From assembly GCF_018350175.1 (NCBI RefSeq), contig NC_058368.1:135658001-135722000 (forward strand): 64,000 nucleotides of DNA. The letters run 5' to 3'. The notes below the pieces were generated by a model. That model saw nothing but the letters and a program-made list of their open reading frames with translations. It made no database searches and was not told the DNA's origin. Positions 63,624-64,000 of this stretch are shown here, one piece after another (position 1 is the first letter of the stretch; every line of letters begins with the position of its first letter). Source of the stretch: Felis catus. Its lineage: Eukaryota. The position numbers were made by a program, and so were the translations under genes.

Positions 63624-63657
63624 ATTAAACTTGGACATAGATCAGAAGCTAAAGATG
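63624..63657 (+). CDS. CDK7: Cyclin-dependent kinase 7, exon 3 (gene continues beyond the window)
   Basis: ctaccag|ATT...G|gtaagt. Translates to IKLGHRSEAKD(G). Confidence 0.96.
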
Positions 63658-64000
63658 GTAAGTATTTAATGTAATCTGACCAAACAGGATAAGTTTTTCT
63701 TCTCACTGAGGAAGTTCAAGTATTAGCGTTCTAAGTGGCTCTGGGTAGAGTTTTTGCAGGGTGCTATAAGAGTAGACTCAGCATAGAGACAGGATATCGG
63801 TGATATCCACCATTTGGTTGTTAAGAGTCATGTAAGTCACTCAAGTCATCTGAGTAAATGGAACATAGCAAAGTTATTTATCAGTGGCTTGTCTTACAGT
63901 CTTCATTACTGTTTAACGTGTTGTTGTAAGCAGTTTATTCTTTATCTTAGCTTTTAATTACTTTAAAAGTTCAGGATATAGCTTCATAGAAGTACAGAAA

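Overview
This is mammalian genomic DNA, almost certainly felid, because it is saturated with tRNA-derived CanSINEs including the young SINEC_Fc-type subfamily. It carries four co-oriented (+ strand) spliced genes in the order known from human 5q13. CCNB1 contributes its last two coding exons and 3' UTR (to about 1.6 kb). CENPH is complete (9 coding exons, 4942-30205, 246 aa) and MRPS36/KGD4 is complete (4 coding exons, 38219-49623, 103 aa). CDK7 contributes its first three coding exons (54607-63657) and continues beyond the window. All exons were rebuilt by hand with GT-AG boundaries and consistent reading frames. The rest is about 85-90 CanSINE copies (counted by eye), L1 fragments of several ages, MaLR LTR pieces, hAT MITEs, MIR/L2 relics and microsatellites. 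I see no evidence of a new biological system. The most interesting items are a candidate alternative last exon of MRPS36, a second promoter-like module in MRPS36 intron 1, a chimeric young/old SINE, a 118-bp tandem duplication and several stacked or nested retro-insertions. Repeat family names come from recall of consensus sequences and need RepeatMasker/Dfam confirmation.
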